Source: Candidatus Thorarchaeota archaeon
GTDB lineage: Archaea > Asgardarchaeota > Thorarchaeia > Thorarchaeales > Thorarchaeaceae
Assembly (NCBI GenBank): GCA_963726195.1
Contig: CAVSBO010000005.1
Span: 160,001 to 224,000, forward strand
Length of the DNA: 64,000 nucleotides
Direction of reading: 5' to 3'
The notes beneath the pieces are model-generated. The model was not told the DNA's origin and did not search any database. It saw nothing but the letters and a program-made list of their open reading frames with translations. Shown here piece by piece: positions 53,664-64,000 of the stretch (within the stretch, counting starts at the first letter, position 1; the number at the start of each line of letters is the position of its first letter). The position numbers and the translations under genes were made by a program.

Positions 53664-54747
53664 ATGACAGAACCGGGCGAGCTCGGGGCCTCGAGGATCA
53701 GCTCAGTATTCTCAATTTCCCACGAGAAGGATGTCGATGGTTTGCTCTCTGCAGTAATCGTCTCGCGATACGCCAATTCCAAGAACCTCAAGTATGGCTT
53801 TACTCTCACTGACTACGGTCAGTTCGAGGCAGTGTTCCCGAGAGCCGCGAGCATGAGGAATAGTCTAATCGTTGTCACTGATCTAGGCCTCGATGACCAT
53901 TCGATTGACATCGTCACAGCTTCTCTGAGCAAGGCCGTAGCCCAAGGTTGTCGCGTAGTCTGGCTCGATCATCATGACTGGACAGACAGGGCGGTGAAAT
54001 CCATTCTAACGCTCGGAGGCGGCCCTCGACTAACAGTTAATCATGAGTTCTGTGCCTCCGAGATAGCGTTCAAGGTTCTCATGCCTAGAGACGATATGTC
54101 GAGAGAACTAGCAAGGATAGCTCATGACACTGACTTCAACATCAGAGAAATCGAGTCAGCGAATTCGTTGACTGATGCGATGTCTCTCATCAGGTTTGGA
54201 GTAGTCGACAAGGGTCAGGATTTCACAGAAGCAATAACCCCGATTCTGAAGAGCTTGGCTGAAGATGGAATAGCAGGCGTATGGGATGAGAGTGCAAAGA
54301 GGTTCCGGGACAATCTGCTAAACCAGCGAGTCGACAGCTGATAGGAAAGAAAAGATCAAGAAAATGAGGAAAGCGCTTGCTGGACGTTCCGACCTAGAGG
54401 TGCGTGGCTGTCTTGTCAGGATTGTCGAGATACCAAACGGTGTGACTACCACAGACATGGGCACATGGGCCGCAGACGAGCGAAACCTCAAGGTGGGCGA
54501 CGAGCAGTTACGGGTCGCCGACATGCTTGTCACGTTAAGCCCAAACGGATTACTTGGCTTTAGGCGTGGCCAAGACAGGATTCTGTGCAATGTTGCAGCA
54601 AGGTTGTTCAAGGGAGGCGGTCATCCCTATGCGGCCGGAGGTGAATACGGTATGTATCACGACTTCCAGGCCGCGTGCGATGACATCTTTACGACGCTTT
54701 CGACAACTAAGGACTGGATTTCGGCAGAAGAAAACGGTCTGTCGTAG
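53664..54747 (+). CDS. DHH/DHHA1 phosphoesterase (RecJ/NrnA-like); frameshift near 54340
   Basis: HEKDVDG, TDL, DHH, GGGHPYAAG. Confidence 0.88.
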
Positions 54748-54759
54748 GGACTTGCCTAT

Positions 54760-55728
54760 CTAGTCCTGCGCTTTCCGTCATCCCAGTTTCTCCAGTGCAG
54801 TCACGAGCAGTCTGTCCTGCGTCAATTGATTCATTGTACAATCGGTCGAAGGTCTGAATGGCATTGTCAACGAGTACCGGATACTCGTCTCTGTTGAACA
54901 TTACGACCGTATCGGGCCTATATGCGTGCGTGAGTATCATCATCATTTTGTCGTTGTTCAGCGCAAGCAATCTATATGTCTGTATGTCAAAAGGATACAA
55001 TTTGAACATGACATGCTTGCCCTTCACGGCTTCTAGCATCATATCCTGATGGCCGAACATGTTTTCAGACATGGGTGACATGTCGGACGCCATCGCAGAA
55101 GGTATGAGAAGTACGCGCATGTCAACGCCCTTCAATATGACAGAAACGAGTTTCCAGGTCGATTAGGCTCATCTTTTCGTTGACTCCGACGAGATTGTCA
55201 AGTCGCTGTGTTAGTCTCAACGTGTCCCCGGCCGATGACTTCTCCAAGAATTCCCTTCTAATGAGTTGGCGAACGTTGTCAACTCCTCTTACAACGCTCG
55301 TTGTGCGTTGCTTCTCCCCCGCCAGTTGCGATTTCATATACATAGGCCGACATGGCTTGGGCACTGGTATCTTCAAGCACCCGTATCGCCTCTGTAAACA
55401 CGCGAACGTCCTCTTGAAGAGCTGCGACGCGACTCCTGCAAGCACGCCCGAGACCGGCCAGAATCGTCATGCGCGTGGCGGAGTACGCACTCGGTCTCCG
55501 CAACTTGTCAACGGCTATGAAACCCTCTTCTTCTAGTTCGTCAAGACATCTGTAAACCCATGCTCTTTTCGGCCTGAATCCTTTGGGTTCTCTGATTTCC
55601 CGACATATCTTGTCGAACGTAGGGCGCTCCGAACCCAGTCCTATTCTCAAGACACTCTGAAGAACGCGCATCTTCGTGGCACTCATGCGAACGCCGATTG
55701 ATTCCAGAGTATCCAGTGTTTCCTTCAT
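54760..55728 (-). CDS. TrmB-like regulator (wHTH, coiled coil, PLD-like effector domain), copy 4; frameshifted, end approximate
   Basis: RAWVYRCLDELEEEGFI; C-terminal LVDNAIQTFDRLY; spread over three frames. Confidence 0.6.
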
Positions 55729-56660
55729 TTTCGAGCACGCTCCGAAGGCAGTGGAAGCAGACTCTCGGCTTTGTCGAATTCCGCGTCGAAGCTCGCTATG
55801 GCATCATCCACTAGTGGCTCATTGACAGACCTTGGAATGTAGATGGCCTCCGGAGGCTCCTCGGAGACTATGAGCATAATGCCTTCATTGTTTCTTGCTG
55901 CAAATTGGTAAGTCGAGTCCTTTGTCCTACGAATCCTGACTGAGATATCCCGTTTCTCCTGAAGAAGCGACTTGTAGGTATTGGTCAGCAGTCGAACGGT
56001 CGAGCCATTTTCTACCCACTGTTCACTAAGTAGCACCTTGGTCTTGGCGCCTCGCTTGATGACTTCGGCCAAGGCATCTATTCGCGTTCGTGTAACGCTC
56101 GGGGTTAAGCGCGACCATCCCATTGAAACTCTGAGAGTATCTCCCTCACACACAGCGGAATAGACTTCGCTGGTAGTGAGTTCCTGCATCTGATCGTATC
56201 CATCGGCGAAACTGGTCGAGGCACTGGACGGAACTCCGGTCACCGTCTCGATGGTGTCTGTTGTAAGTCGGGTAAGATTCAGGCCAGTCAATCTTACAAT
56301 CTCTGAGTTAAGTTCAGAACGTTTCTGTTCAAGTCCCCTGAGGGCTTCGCTTTGTGCGTCGCCAAATGCAGCTTGCAGCGTTTCTGGAGTCGCAGTATAG
56401 TAAAACGGGTGCGAAGTCCTGTCACATTGGATGTAACCATCGGTTTCCAGAGACGATCAGACAACGATAGACTTCAGGTCGACGGATGCCTTTCCTGCTG
56501 CTTTCCGTTCTCAGTTGCTCATAGATGTCGGCGAAGTTGATGGGTATCCCTTGGTTGTGGTGTTTCTGGAGAGCGATTCGGAGAACAGAAAATCGCTGTT
56601 CGTTTTGGCTGAAACCGATTAATCCGAGAGCCTTTGTCAACTGCCGGTCTTCGGTTTGTC
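55725..56660 (-). CDS. TrmB-like regulator, copy 3; frameshift near 56458, start approximate
   Basis: RPEVYRCL then SSLETDGYI after the shift; C-terminal LVDDAIASFDAEF. Confidence 0.6.
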
Positions 56661-56689
56661 CTTCGTTGTCCTCTCTGGTTGCCGCAGTA

Positions 56690-57701
56690 GTTCGGCCCGT
56701 GGCCTCATCCCGCTCTCGTGGTTCAGCAAATGTCAAGTCTACTCTCAATTCACCTTTGACCCCGGGCTTCGCCAAGCTTCTGGCATCTTGCCACAAATCG
56801 TCAAAGACCGAAATTGACTGATCAATAATATCGGGGTTGAAATCTCGCGTAATCCAAGTGACGGTCACTGGATCTTCTGATACGACGAGCGCCATGCATT
56901 GGTTCCCATAAGTAACAGCGTGGTATGGGTTCGGTCCGTCGTACGCCCTAACCTCGATGCCCAGTTCTTGTTCTTCTGTGGATTTCAGACCTCCCGTGCG
57001 TTTGCCCTTGTGTCTCAGAGCGGCAGCATTGAATAGGGCTCTTTCAAGACGGGCCACTATAAGGCAACGCACTTCTGCCCCGTTGTGCGCCGCGCGAGCG
57101 ATTTCATCAATGACCTCATCCTGTTCATCAAGAAATGGGCTTGAGGATACTATGGTCACACGAACAAGATCGCCTTTGTGTGCAACGTCCCCCATATTAT
57201 AGCCGATTGCTCTGGTGATGTCATCGGCACCAGTGATAAGCCTAGAGCTGAATTCTGTGTCTATGTCCCGTCAGCTCCTCGACGAGGTCCTGTGCAAGAA
57301 CTCCGCAGTCGATGTTTGAGACAGCCTTCCTCTCGGATTCAACTAGGCTAATCTCCCGTGTGATTTGGCTGTTTGCCTGTTCTGCAAGTTTCTTCAGGCC
57401 GTTTTCCACTGTTAATGCGGTTGTGAAATAGCCCGGTCCTTCGAGTGCCACCTGCTTTCGCCTCGACTAACCCGGCCTCGACAAGCATCCTGAGAGTCTT
57501 CTTCGCTGCAGCCTCCGAGACCCTATCGCTAGGTCCGAATCGGGCCAGCAATCTCCGGACTTCGGAAGAGTCTAAGGGGGTCTCATAGTCTCTCTTGGTT
57601 TTCAGAATAGCGTTCAGCAGTGATATCATCACCGGAGCTTGGACCGAGTCCAAGCGCAATCCAAGAGATTTCAGAGTGGAGGCTAGCAAGTTCTCTCCCA
57701 A
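56690..57701 (-). CDS. TrmB-like regulator, copy 2; frameshifted, end approximate
   Basis: AAAKKTLRMLVEAGLV; C-terminal FNPDIIDQSISVFDDLW. Confidence 0.6.
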
Positions 57702-57704
57702 AGA

Positions 57705-58772
57705 TTAGGTTCCTCCACTCGCCACTTTTGTCGCGGCTGCCCTCAATGCTGTAAGGAATAGCGAAGGCTCGGTTGTTGGGACACCAAGCTCTGGATGTTT
57801 CGGATCCTCAAGGAGAGGTGTTAATCCTCGCCAAGTCTGGTCGAATGATGAAATCGCTGTTTCGGTCAGGTCGGGGTTGAAGTTTCTGCTGACCCACATG
57901 GCCGCCATTGGATCCGCAGAAACCAGAATCACCATGCTGTCCGTATTGAGACTGGAGAAGTTATACGTGGGGACATGCCCTCTGCATATTCTAAGGTCCA
58001 GCTTCAGTCCTCTCTGCCGAGCATCATAGGCCCTAAGGAAGAACTCAGCCAGCGTGGCTTTGGGGAAGCTATCGGCAAGAAAGCCGTCTGCACTTAGAAG
58101 ATCCGAAGTGATAAGGCCCCGCACATCTGCTCCATTCTCAGCCGCCCTGAGGACTTGATTGGTCCTCTCGCCAACTACTCCTCTGAACGGCCTGAGCTGC
58201 ATATGGGCAATTCTCATGACGTCTCCCTGCCCTGCCCTTGAGTATATCTCGGCGTTTGCGAACTCGCGATATGATTCGAGCCCCTTCAGGAGCCTTGACG
58301 TTGGCTGCGGGGTTTCACTGGCAGTCTCTCCCATAACAGCCTTAGCTACGTCACCGAGGTCGATAACTGGTAATCGATTCAACTGCGCTTGAAGTATTCC
58401 TGTGCGTTCTTCCAAAACCGAGAGAGTCCGACCCTTCAGCTGCTCCAATCCCGCGACAATCGTGTTGATATCTGAAACATACTTCCTGCGTGGTTCGCTC
58501 TCGTTTTCGATCCTAATCATCTGCATATCTGAAAGCTGATTCAGCACCTTGCGGACCCATGCCTTGCTGAGTGACGTGCCAGGCTCAACCCGCATGAGCG
58601 AGTCGTGTATATCGGAGACTCCAAGAGATAGTGATGGTGTTGACTGTATCCTCATCATGGCACGAAGCACACTAAGGGCGCGCGTATCATGACCGAACCC
58701 AAGTTGCGTCAATGACCTCTCAAGCTTCTGGTGCGAAGAAAGCGCCGGAGATTCCTGCATTTTGGATTCCAT
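57705..58772 (-). CDS. TrmB-like regulator, copy 1 (intact)
   Basis: SKAWVRKVLNQLSDMQMI; GADVRGLI; FNPDLTETAISSFDQTW. Confidence 0.65.
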   Translation of the reverse strand: MESKMQESPALSSHQKLERSLTQLGFGHDTRALSVLRAMMRIQSTPSLSLGVSDIHDSLMRVEPGTSLSKAWVRKVLNQLSDMQMIRIENESEPRRKYVSDINTIVAGLEQLKGRTLSVLEERTGILQAQLNRLPVIDLGDVAKAVMGETASETPQPTSRLLKGLESYREFANAEIYSRAGQGDVMRIAHMQLRPFRGVVGERTNQVLRAAENGADVRGLITSDLLSADGFLADSFPKATLAEFFLRAYDARQRGLKLDLRICRGHVPTYNFSSLNTDSMVILVSADPMAAMWVSRNFNPDLTETAISSFDQTWRGLTPLLEDPKHPELGVPTTEPSLFLTALRAAATKVASGGT

Positions 58773-59003
58773 AAAACCGCCGTCTAATAGATTAGATGTT
58801 TAAGCATGCCTTTGTCAGCTAGTAGCTTTGGTGTTATAGACAAAACTCCAACCTTTAAGCAGCATTGTTCTTGTGAAACGTGCGTGGTGAGCAAAGAACA
58901 AAGTTGCTTTTGCGACTAGGCCGGTATTGCGCCACCATTGGGTAGGAGCAGGGGAGACCTGTCCCTCAGTGATCAGCGCCTCTTGTTCGGGCAGACTTTT
59001 CAC

Positions 59004-60230
59004 CTAAGGCCCGACTACAGTTATGCTTCTGATGTATCCAACGCCCAACCGAGCTACGAGGGGAAGGAAATCTGTCAACAGAGACATTGCGGTCGCAGGA
59101 CTGACATGCCCCTGAATGACATCATTTAGAGTCTCCGCGTTAAGCTGACCAAGAACCTTCTCAGCAGCGGCTATCGGATCGTTCAACATAGCATACTTCG
59201 AGACCCCCCACATAGCTCTGGCCGTTGTCTGTATGCTATGGGCGAGCTTCGTCTTTCGGTATTCTTTCTCGTATAGTGAAGTGCTGCGCGCAGAAAAGTC
59301 GTTTTCATCAACCATGCGCTTCCCGTGACGGGCAACAAGCGAGCCTGCGTGGAGGCATGTGCTCACGCCGCCGCCCACAATGGACGAGACCTGTCCGGCT
59401 GAATTCCCGCAGAGTACCACGCCGGGACCAGTGAACCTTGGAATCAATCCGGCACATGGTACCACTCCGCCATTGACATTCGCAATTCTAGCGCTGGGCC
59501 CCAAGTGTTCTTTCATGTATTTCTGGAGCACATCCTTCATGGGCGGCAAGGCGTTCCACTTCTCCCTAGAAGATGGCACTCTCCCGATTCCCAAGTTCGT
59601 CTCTGTCCTGCTCCTGGGATAGAGCCACAGATAGCCGAGGCCAACATCGCGCCCGACACAATAATGTGCGGTGCCGGGATCGTCTATTTTGCAGTTTTCG
59701 ACTTTGTACCGATACCCGTACGAAAGCAACCACTTCGGATGAGTGAATCCGGCGGTCGCAGAGATGCGACTGAAGGACCCATCGGCTCCGACAATGAGGT
59801 TTGCCCGGACATCTTGATCTTGGTTGTAGCGCAAACCGACAATCTGATCGTGGTCCTTGACCACTGAGTCTACTCTTGCTTTGAACTTGAATTGTGCTCC
59901 ATTTGCCATGGCACGATTAGATAGAAGAAGTTGCACTCTGTCTTCGTCGAGAAGATATGAGTTGCCGAGAAGAGTGCGGTCAACCGTGATGCGTGCGCCA
60001 GTGTCTAGGCTCTCGCCGACAATGGCAGTGAATTTGTTGCTTACGCATTCAGAATCTGGTTTGATATGCAGCATTCTCAGAGCCTTGTCAGTGACCAGTT
60101 CGCCCATCAGCGAATCCGTAACAGATTCGTGTTTCTCAAGCAGCACTACTTTCAGACCGTGCTGCGATGCCTGTTCTGCAGTAATCAATCCTGCTGGCCC
60201 TGCACCTGCAATCGCAATATCAAAACTCAT
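59004..60230 (-). CDS. Geranylgeranyl reductase family FAD oxidoreductase
   Basis: GAGPAG, GADG, GYLWLYP, GNSAGQVSSIVGGG. Confidence 0.85.
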   Translation of the reverse strand: MSFDIAIAGAGPAGLITAEQASQHGLKVVLLEKHESVTDSLMGELVTDKALRMLHIKPDSECVSNKFTAIVGESLDTGARITVDRTLLGNSYLLDEDRVQLLLSNRAMANGAQFKFKARVDSVVKDHDQIVGLRYNQDQDVRANLIVGADGSFSRISATAGFTHPKWLLSYGYRYKVENCKIDDPGTAHYCVGRDVGLGYLWLYPRSRTETNLGIGRVPSSREKWNALPPMKDVLQKYMKEHLGPSARIANVNGGVVPCAGLIPRFTGPGVVLCGNSAGQVSSIVGGGVSTCLHAGSLVARHGKRMVDENDFSARSTSLYEKEYRKTKLAHSIQTTARAMWGVSKYAMLNDPIAAAEKVLGQLNAETLNDVIQGHVSPATAMSLLTDFLPLVARLGVGYIRSITVVGP

Positions 60231-60387
60231 GTTTAGACACCAGAGACTCGAAGGGATGCTTCAGGCGACGCGAGTGGCAAGTCTATATGATTTTCTCAGT
60301 GACCGATATATGGCGCAAGCCCGTGGATACGTTAAAAGGCGTGTCTATCGTGGAACGTCCAGAGAGCCAACAAGGGCGCGTTCGTCG

Positions 60388-61272
60388 ATGAAGGCAAAAT
60401 CGGTTGCATGGTCAATCTACATGGCGCTGTCAGTTCTGATTAGCGTCACGGTGGCGTCCGTTCCTGCTATTGGCCTCTTTCTATTCTTCTTTCAGAAAAC
60501 GGAGAGAGTGTTTGCCCTGATTGGTTTTCCTTTCAACCTGTTCAAGGAATTCGTCCAAGGACTTCTTGGTTCTATTCTACCATCGTTTTTCTTCCAGCAT
60601 TTCTGGTTCATACTGCTAATAGTCCCGATTGGGCTCTTCTGTTACATCATTTTCCTAGGATTCCTGTTCGTGATGTTTAGGGTGTCACGACGCGGAATTC
60701 CCCGATTGAAGGACGGTTATTATCCAATAGAAACTGGGCGATGGCTTCTGCACGAGTACTATGAGATCTACTACGTGCTAACCCCTTATTTTGCGTGGTT
60801 CTTCTCAGTCTTCCTAAACACAAAGCCTCGACACACATGGTTCGGAGCAAAGATTGGAAAGAACTCAATCGTCGGTAATGGTCTTCTGTTTAACCCTGAG
60901 CGAATCATAATCGGTGACAACTGTTGGTTCGGATACAATGCCATTGTGAGTGGGCATGTCTACGAGGGCAGCAAACTGTACATGAAGACCGTACGAATCG
61001 GCAACAATGTGACTGTGGGCGCCAACTCCTGTTTGATGCCTGGCGTAGATGTAGGAGACAATGTCATCATTGGAGCGAATTCAACGGTTCCCAAAGACAG
61101 GGCCATACCTCCAGATTCCGTTTGGGTCAATGGAAAGGTGACTACCAGAAAGCCACGGACTGCCGAAGCCAATGAATCAGGCGTACGTGTGGGTCGGCTC
61201 AAAGTCCAAAGCGCGGCAGATACAAATCCGCAAGACGACCCGGATACTGAGAGAGCCGATGAAAACAGCTGA
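60388..61272 (+). CDS. Membrane-bound hexapeptide-repeat (LbH) acyltransferase-like protein
   Basis: N-terminal TMs followed by GAKIGKNS, IGDNC, IGNNVTVGANS, VGDNVIIGANS. Confidence 0.85.
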   Translation: MKAKSVAWSIYMALSVLISVTVASVPAIGLFLFFFQKTERVFALIGFPFNLFKEFVQGLLGSILPSFFFQHFWFILLIVPIGLFCYIIFLGFLFVMFRVSRRGIPRLKDGYYPIETGRWLLHEYYEIYYVLTPYFAWFFSVFLNTKPRHTWFGAKIGKNSIVGNGLLFNPERIIIGDNCWFGYNAIVSGHVYEGSKLYMKTVRIGNNVTVGANSCLMPGVDVGDNVIIGANSTVPKDRAIPPDSVWVNGKVTTRKPRTAEANESGVRVGRLKVQSAADTNPQDDPDTERADENS

Positions 61273-61306
61273 GATCCTATTGTCTCCATGCAACCAAGGA
61301 ATCTAT

Positions 61307-62737
61307 ATGTCCGCACCAAAGCCCAAGTACTCGCCTAGGGGCTACCAAACCTACATCCTAGACAGAATATCCGAACTCCGAGGCACCAATGTGCTCCTCG
61401 AACTCGATTGCGGTCTGGGCAAGAGATACATAACGCACCAGATTGTGGCGAACCGATTCCCTGAATCAAAAGCATTGATTGTTGTGCATTCCTCTTCGTC
61501 CTTGGCAGAGACAGTGGACTACCTCAGAGGCGAGTACGGCGGTCTTGAGGAGGAGCTGGGAGAGCTTTCTTCGAGGATTCCCTCGGGTCAGAGACGGCGC
61601 GAGCTGAAAGAGAAGCGTGTGATAGTTGCAACTCCGCAGGTTCTTGCCTCGCTGGCAAGTTCTGATATTGATTTGTTTCAGTCCTTCGAGATTCTCCTCA
61701 TCAACGAAGTGGATACGCTTGTGAGAAGAACGGGCGAGGCCTCAACATTGGTATATCCTTGGTCGACATTGCTGACCCTCTTCAAAGACAAGTGGCTGAT
61801 AGGCATGAGTGGCACCCTCCGGGATGATCACGCTGTCTTCACTGAGGACCAGCTGGAAATCAGGAACGAGCTTATGACACTCAAGGAGCACATGCCTGGC
61901 GCTGTCGTAATCACTATGGAGGAGCTTTACGGGACTGACGTGGAGGACTTTCTGGAGGAGACCTTTCTAGGCGTCAGTCTGGTGAACGACACGAGAATCA
62001 AGTCGCTATCTGCAGTACTTGACGAACTGATTCGAAGCACTCGAGCCGAAATCATGAAGGATCTCTCAGAGTCCGACAACGTTCGGCTCGTAGAGGGCGA
62101 CTCCAGAAGAGTGCATCTCCTTCTTGACCGGTTGCCCATCACGGATGAGCTCAAGGGACGTTATTCGTCTCTCCTGCTGCTGCGTAAGTATGTCTATGCT
62201 ATGCCACCCAAGCAGTTCCTGAAGTCTTTCCGCGGGGATTACGTCAAACACTACTTCAACGCCAGCGAAATCAGCCGGATTCTTCCAACTGTGTCTGCTA
62301 AGGCGCTTCGTGCCCTCGAACTCGCCGCAAGACGCAGCAAGACAGTTGTGCTGACCTCCTATCTTGAAATGGTGGAACAGGTCAGGGATGTCCTTGAGAA
62401 TTCTGGCATCTCTGTCTTGACTGTGACTGGCGCGACCAGAGACAAGGGCGAGATACTCAAGCAGTTCAGAGAAGACGGAGAGAAGCAGGTTCTCGTGATG
62501 TCACCGGTTGGCGAACGAGATCTTGACATTCCTCAAGCCGAATTAATGGTCGTCTGCGACACGATCAACACAACCAAGACGATGTATCAGAAGTTCAAGC
62601 GAACAAGAGGCGGGCTGGTTTTGCTTCTTGCTTACGCCGATACCTCGGAAGAGCGCAAGGTGCGAAGACTGATGAAATCAGTCCTCGAGAGATACCCTTG
62701 GTCCACTGCGGTCGTTGAGCCCAACAGTGCTGGATGA
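61307..62737 (+). CDS. SF2 helicase-like protein (Hef/FANCM type) with degenerate motifs
   Basis: PRGYQ, LDCGLGKR, VATPQV, INEVD, MSGT, GERDLDIP, QKFKRTRG. Confidence 0.75.
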   Translation: MSAPKPKYSPRGYQTYILDRISELRGTNVLLELDCGLGKRYITHQIVANRFPESKALIVVHSSSSLAETVDYLRGEYGGLEEELGELSSRIPSGQRRRELKEKRVIVATPQVLASLASSDIDLFQSFEILLINEVDTLVRRTGEASTLVYPWSTLLTLFKDKWLIGMSGTLRDDHAVFTEDQLEIRNELMTLKEHMPGAVVITMEELYGTDVEDFLEETFLGVSLVNDTRIKSLSAVLDELIRSTRAEIMKDLSESDNVRLVEGDSRRVHLLLDRLPITDELKGRYSSLLLLRKYVYAMPPKQFLKSFRGDYVKHYFNASEISRILPTVSAKALRALELAARRSKTVVLTSYLEMVEQVRDVLENSGISVLTVTGATRDKGEILKQFREDGEKQVLVMSPVGERDLDIPQAELMVVCDTINTTKTMYQKFKRTRGGLVLLLAYADTSEERKVRRLMKSVLERYPWSTAVVEPNSAG

Positions 62738-62858
62738 ATCGCCGAATCTGTAGCAGCCGCGAGTCCCATGCATGTTGAGTCGAGATATGCCGAATCCTTG
62801 TCAAGAAAAGAAGAAAGCCGCAGGCCATCATTGTATTGCGACCTGCGCTATCTACTCT

Positions 62859-63779
62859 CTATTCCGGCCCGCCTGTGAACACATAGGTCTGAGTGATCAG
62901 GTTGAACAGAGGCTCGTAGAACTTGGGCTCGACAGTCGAGTACACGTATTTGCACATCTCGATGAATTCCTTAGTGCGCGCGTCAGCATCCGAGCCAGAT
63001 CCAAGAATCTTCTCAGCCGACCTCGTTAGTGATCTGATAATGCCTTTGGCCCTCTTTTCCTGTTCGAGGATCTTCGTCGCGTCCTGCTCCAATCTCTGCA
63101 CCACGCTCTTTACTCTGATGTCTGCAATCTTGTCAGAGCCCATCGACTTGACCAAGTCCATGAGAACATCGAGCGTGGAATTGTGAAGTCCGTTGACCAG
63201 AGCCTCTATCTCATACGCGGTGTACTTCAGCTTATCATCATCGACAGACAATTCCCATTTTAGATCGCTTGTTCTCTGCAATGCGATTCTGCGGTCTCCA
63301 ATCACAATGTCTTCTTGATAGAACCTGCTGTCAAGACTTGTGACTACCGCGGTCTTGAGCAGAGCAGCCTCGTAAAGCTTGAGCCTTAATGGCTTGCCAC
63401 CGCTCTTCACAGTTAGGCAATACCCGTCATCTGGCTCAATCTTCTGAGCATAATCACTAGATGGAACCGCCTGTACTGGTGGAAGATGCCTCAGTACTTC
63501 CGCAACCTCATTCACCTCCTCCTCAGTACAGCTGTAGGAGTGACCGTCACCTGAAACCATTATGGCACCGTCAGGTGTTCTTTCAAAATCGATCTTATTG
63601 CCGCTTCCAACATCCGTGGTTTTGATGTAGCTCTGCTTATAGCTGCGTGCGGTCTGCGCCAGCTTCTCGAGCGCCGCAGCCACCATGTGAGCTTCTCCGT
63701 ACCCCAGAGTAATCTCAGCAGTACCTTCAGAGCCGCGTCCTAGACCTACTGCACCATCCTTTCTCATCTTGACGTACAA
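62859..63779 (-). CDS. Hypothetical protein with repeated beta-strand/alpha-helix modules
   Basis: Long ORF with normal protein composition; likely TTG start at 63779 or ATG at 63767. Confidence 0.75.
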   Translation of the reverse strand: MYVKMRKDGAVGLGRGSEGTAEITLGYGEAHMVAAALEKLAQTARSYKQSYIKTTDVGSGNKIDFERTPDGAIMVSGDGHSYSCTEEEVNEVAEVLRHLPPVQAVPSSDYAQKIEPDDGYCLTVKSGGKPLRLKLYEAALLKTAVVTSLDSRFYQEDIVIGDRRIALQRTSDLKWELSVDDDKLKYTAYEIEALVNGLHNSTLDVLMDLVKSMGSDKIADIRVKSVVQRLEQDATKILEQEKRAKGIIRSLTRSAEKILGSGSDADARTKEFIEMCKYVYSTVEPKFYEPLFNLITQTYVFTGGPE

Positions 63780-64000
63780 ACAAAAGCACCCATGTTTTAG
63801 CATGAGTGGATGCAGAAAACTATTGCGGGGAGGGATAGTTCGAGGTGATTACATCCAATCTGCTGCCCCGAAAATGGCGTTTTCACGGAACAGGCTTCGC
63901 AGCCTCCAAGGGTTGGCTCCAGTAACCTTCCCTGATTTCATGTATCTTCTGAACATCACCTAGCGGATGTATCATCGATGCCAATGAGCCAGCACGAAAG

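Noticed and set aside
33600-54345. Selenocysteine read-through at premature TGA codons (about 33614 and 54339)
   Set aside because: Homology continues in a different frame, and the TGA at 54339 is followed immediately by TAG
56422-57195. Genuine fusion of TrmB-like copies 2 and 3
   Set aside because: Cannot be trusted in a region with several indels; the other copies are separate genes. Unresolved without reads
1-64000. tRNA, rRNA, SRP or RNase P RNA, IS elements, defence islands
   Set aside because: No recognisable signatures in the short intergenic regions by eye; a covariance-model scan was not possible

Overview
Gene-dense, roughly 50% GC archaeal DNA, most likely from an Asgard archaeon (Thorarchaeia-like). 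This is inferred from a Rab-like GTPase fusion, a gelsolin-like protein, SCP2, TPR proteins, an archaeal porGDAB/iorAB set, a geranylgeranyl reductase and TrmB-like regulators. I saw no rRNA, tRNA, CRISPR array or transposase. At least 15 single-base indels split genes, including housekeeping ones, so these are most likely assembly errors; I rejoined the genes by eye. The best candidate for an undescribed system is a roughly 15 kb minus-strand operon (27216 to 12272, plus a downstream TPR gene). It encodes an ABC-2 permease, two ABC ATPases, a 1446-aa membrane-anchored subtilase whose catalytic Ser is replaced by Ala and which carries a GldG/IFT52-like (GIFT) domain, and a roughly 2255-aa surface protein. 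That protein has an FG-GAP propeller, about 70 Ca-binding DxDxDG repeats, a TM helix and a cytoplasmic Ig-like domain. Other highlights are an FG-GAP propeller/Ig/Rab GTPase fusion, a MurL-like + D-Ala-D-Ala-ligase-like + GNAT + PLP-enzyme cluster, four tandem TrmB-like regulators and a motif-degenerate Hef/FANCM-like helicase. All family calls come from motif recognition, not database searches.
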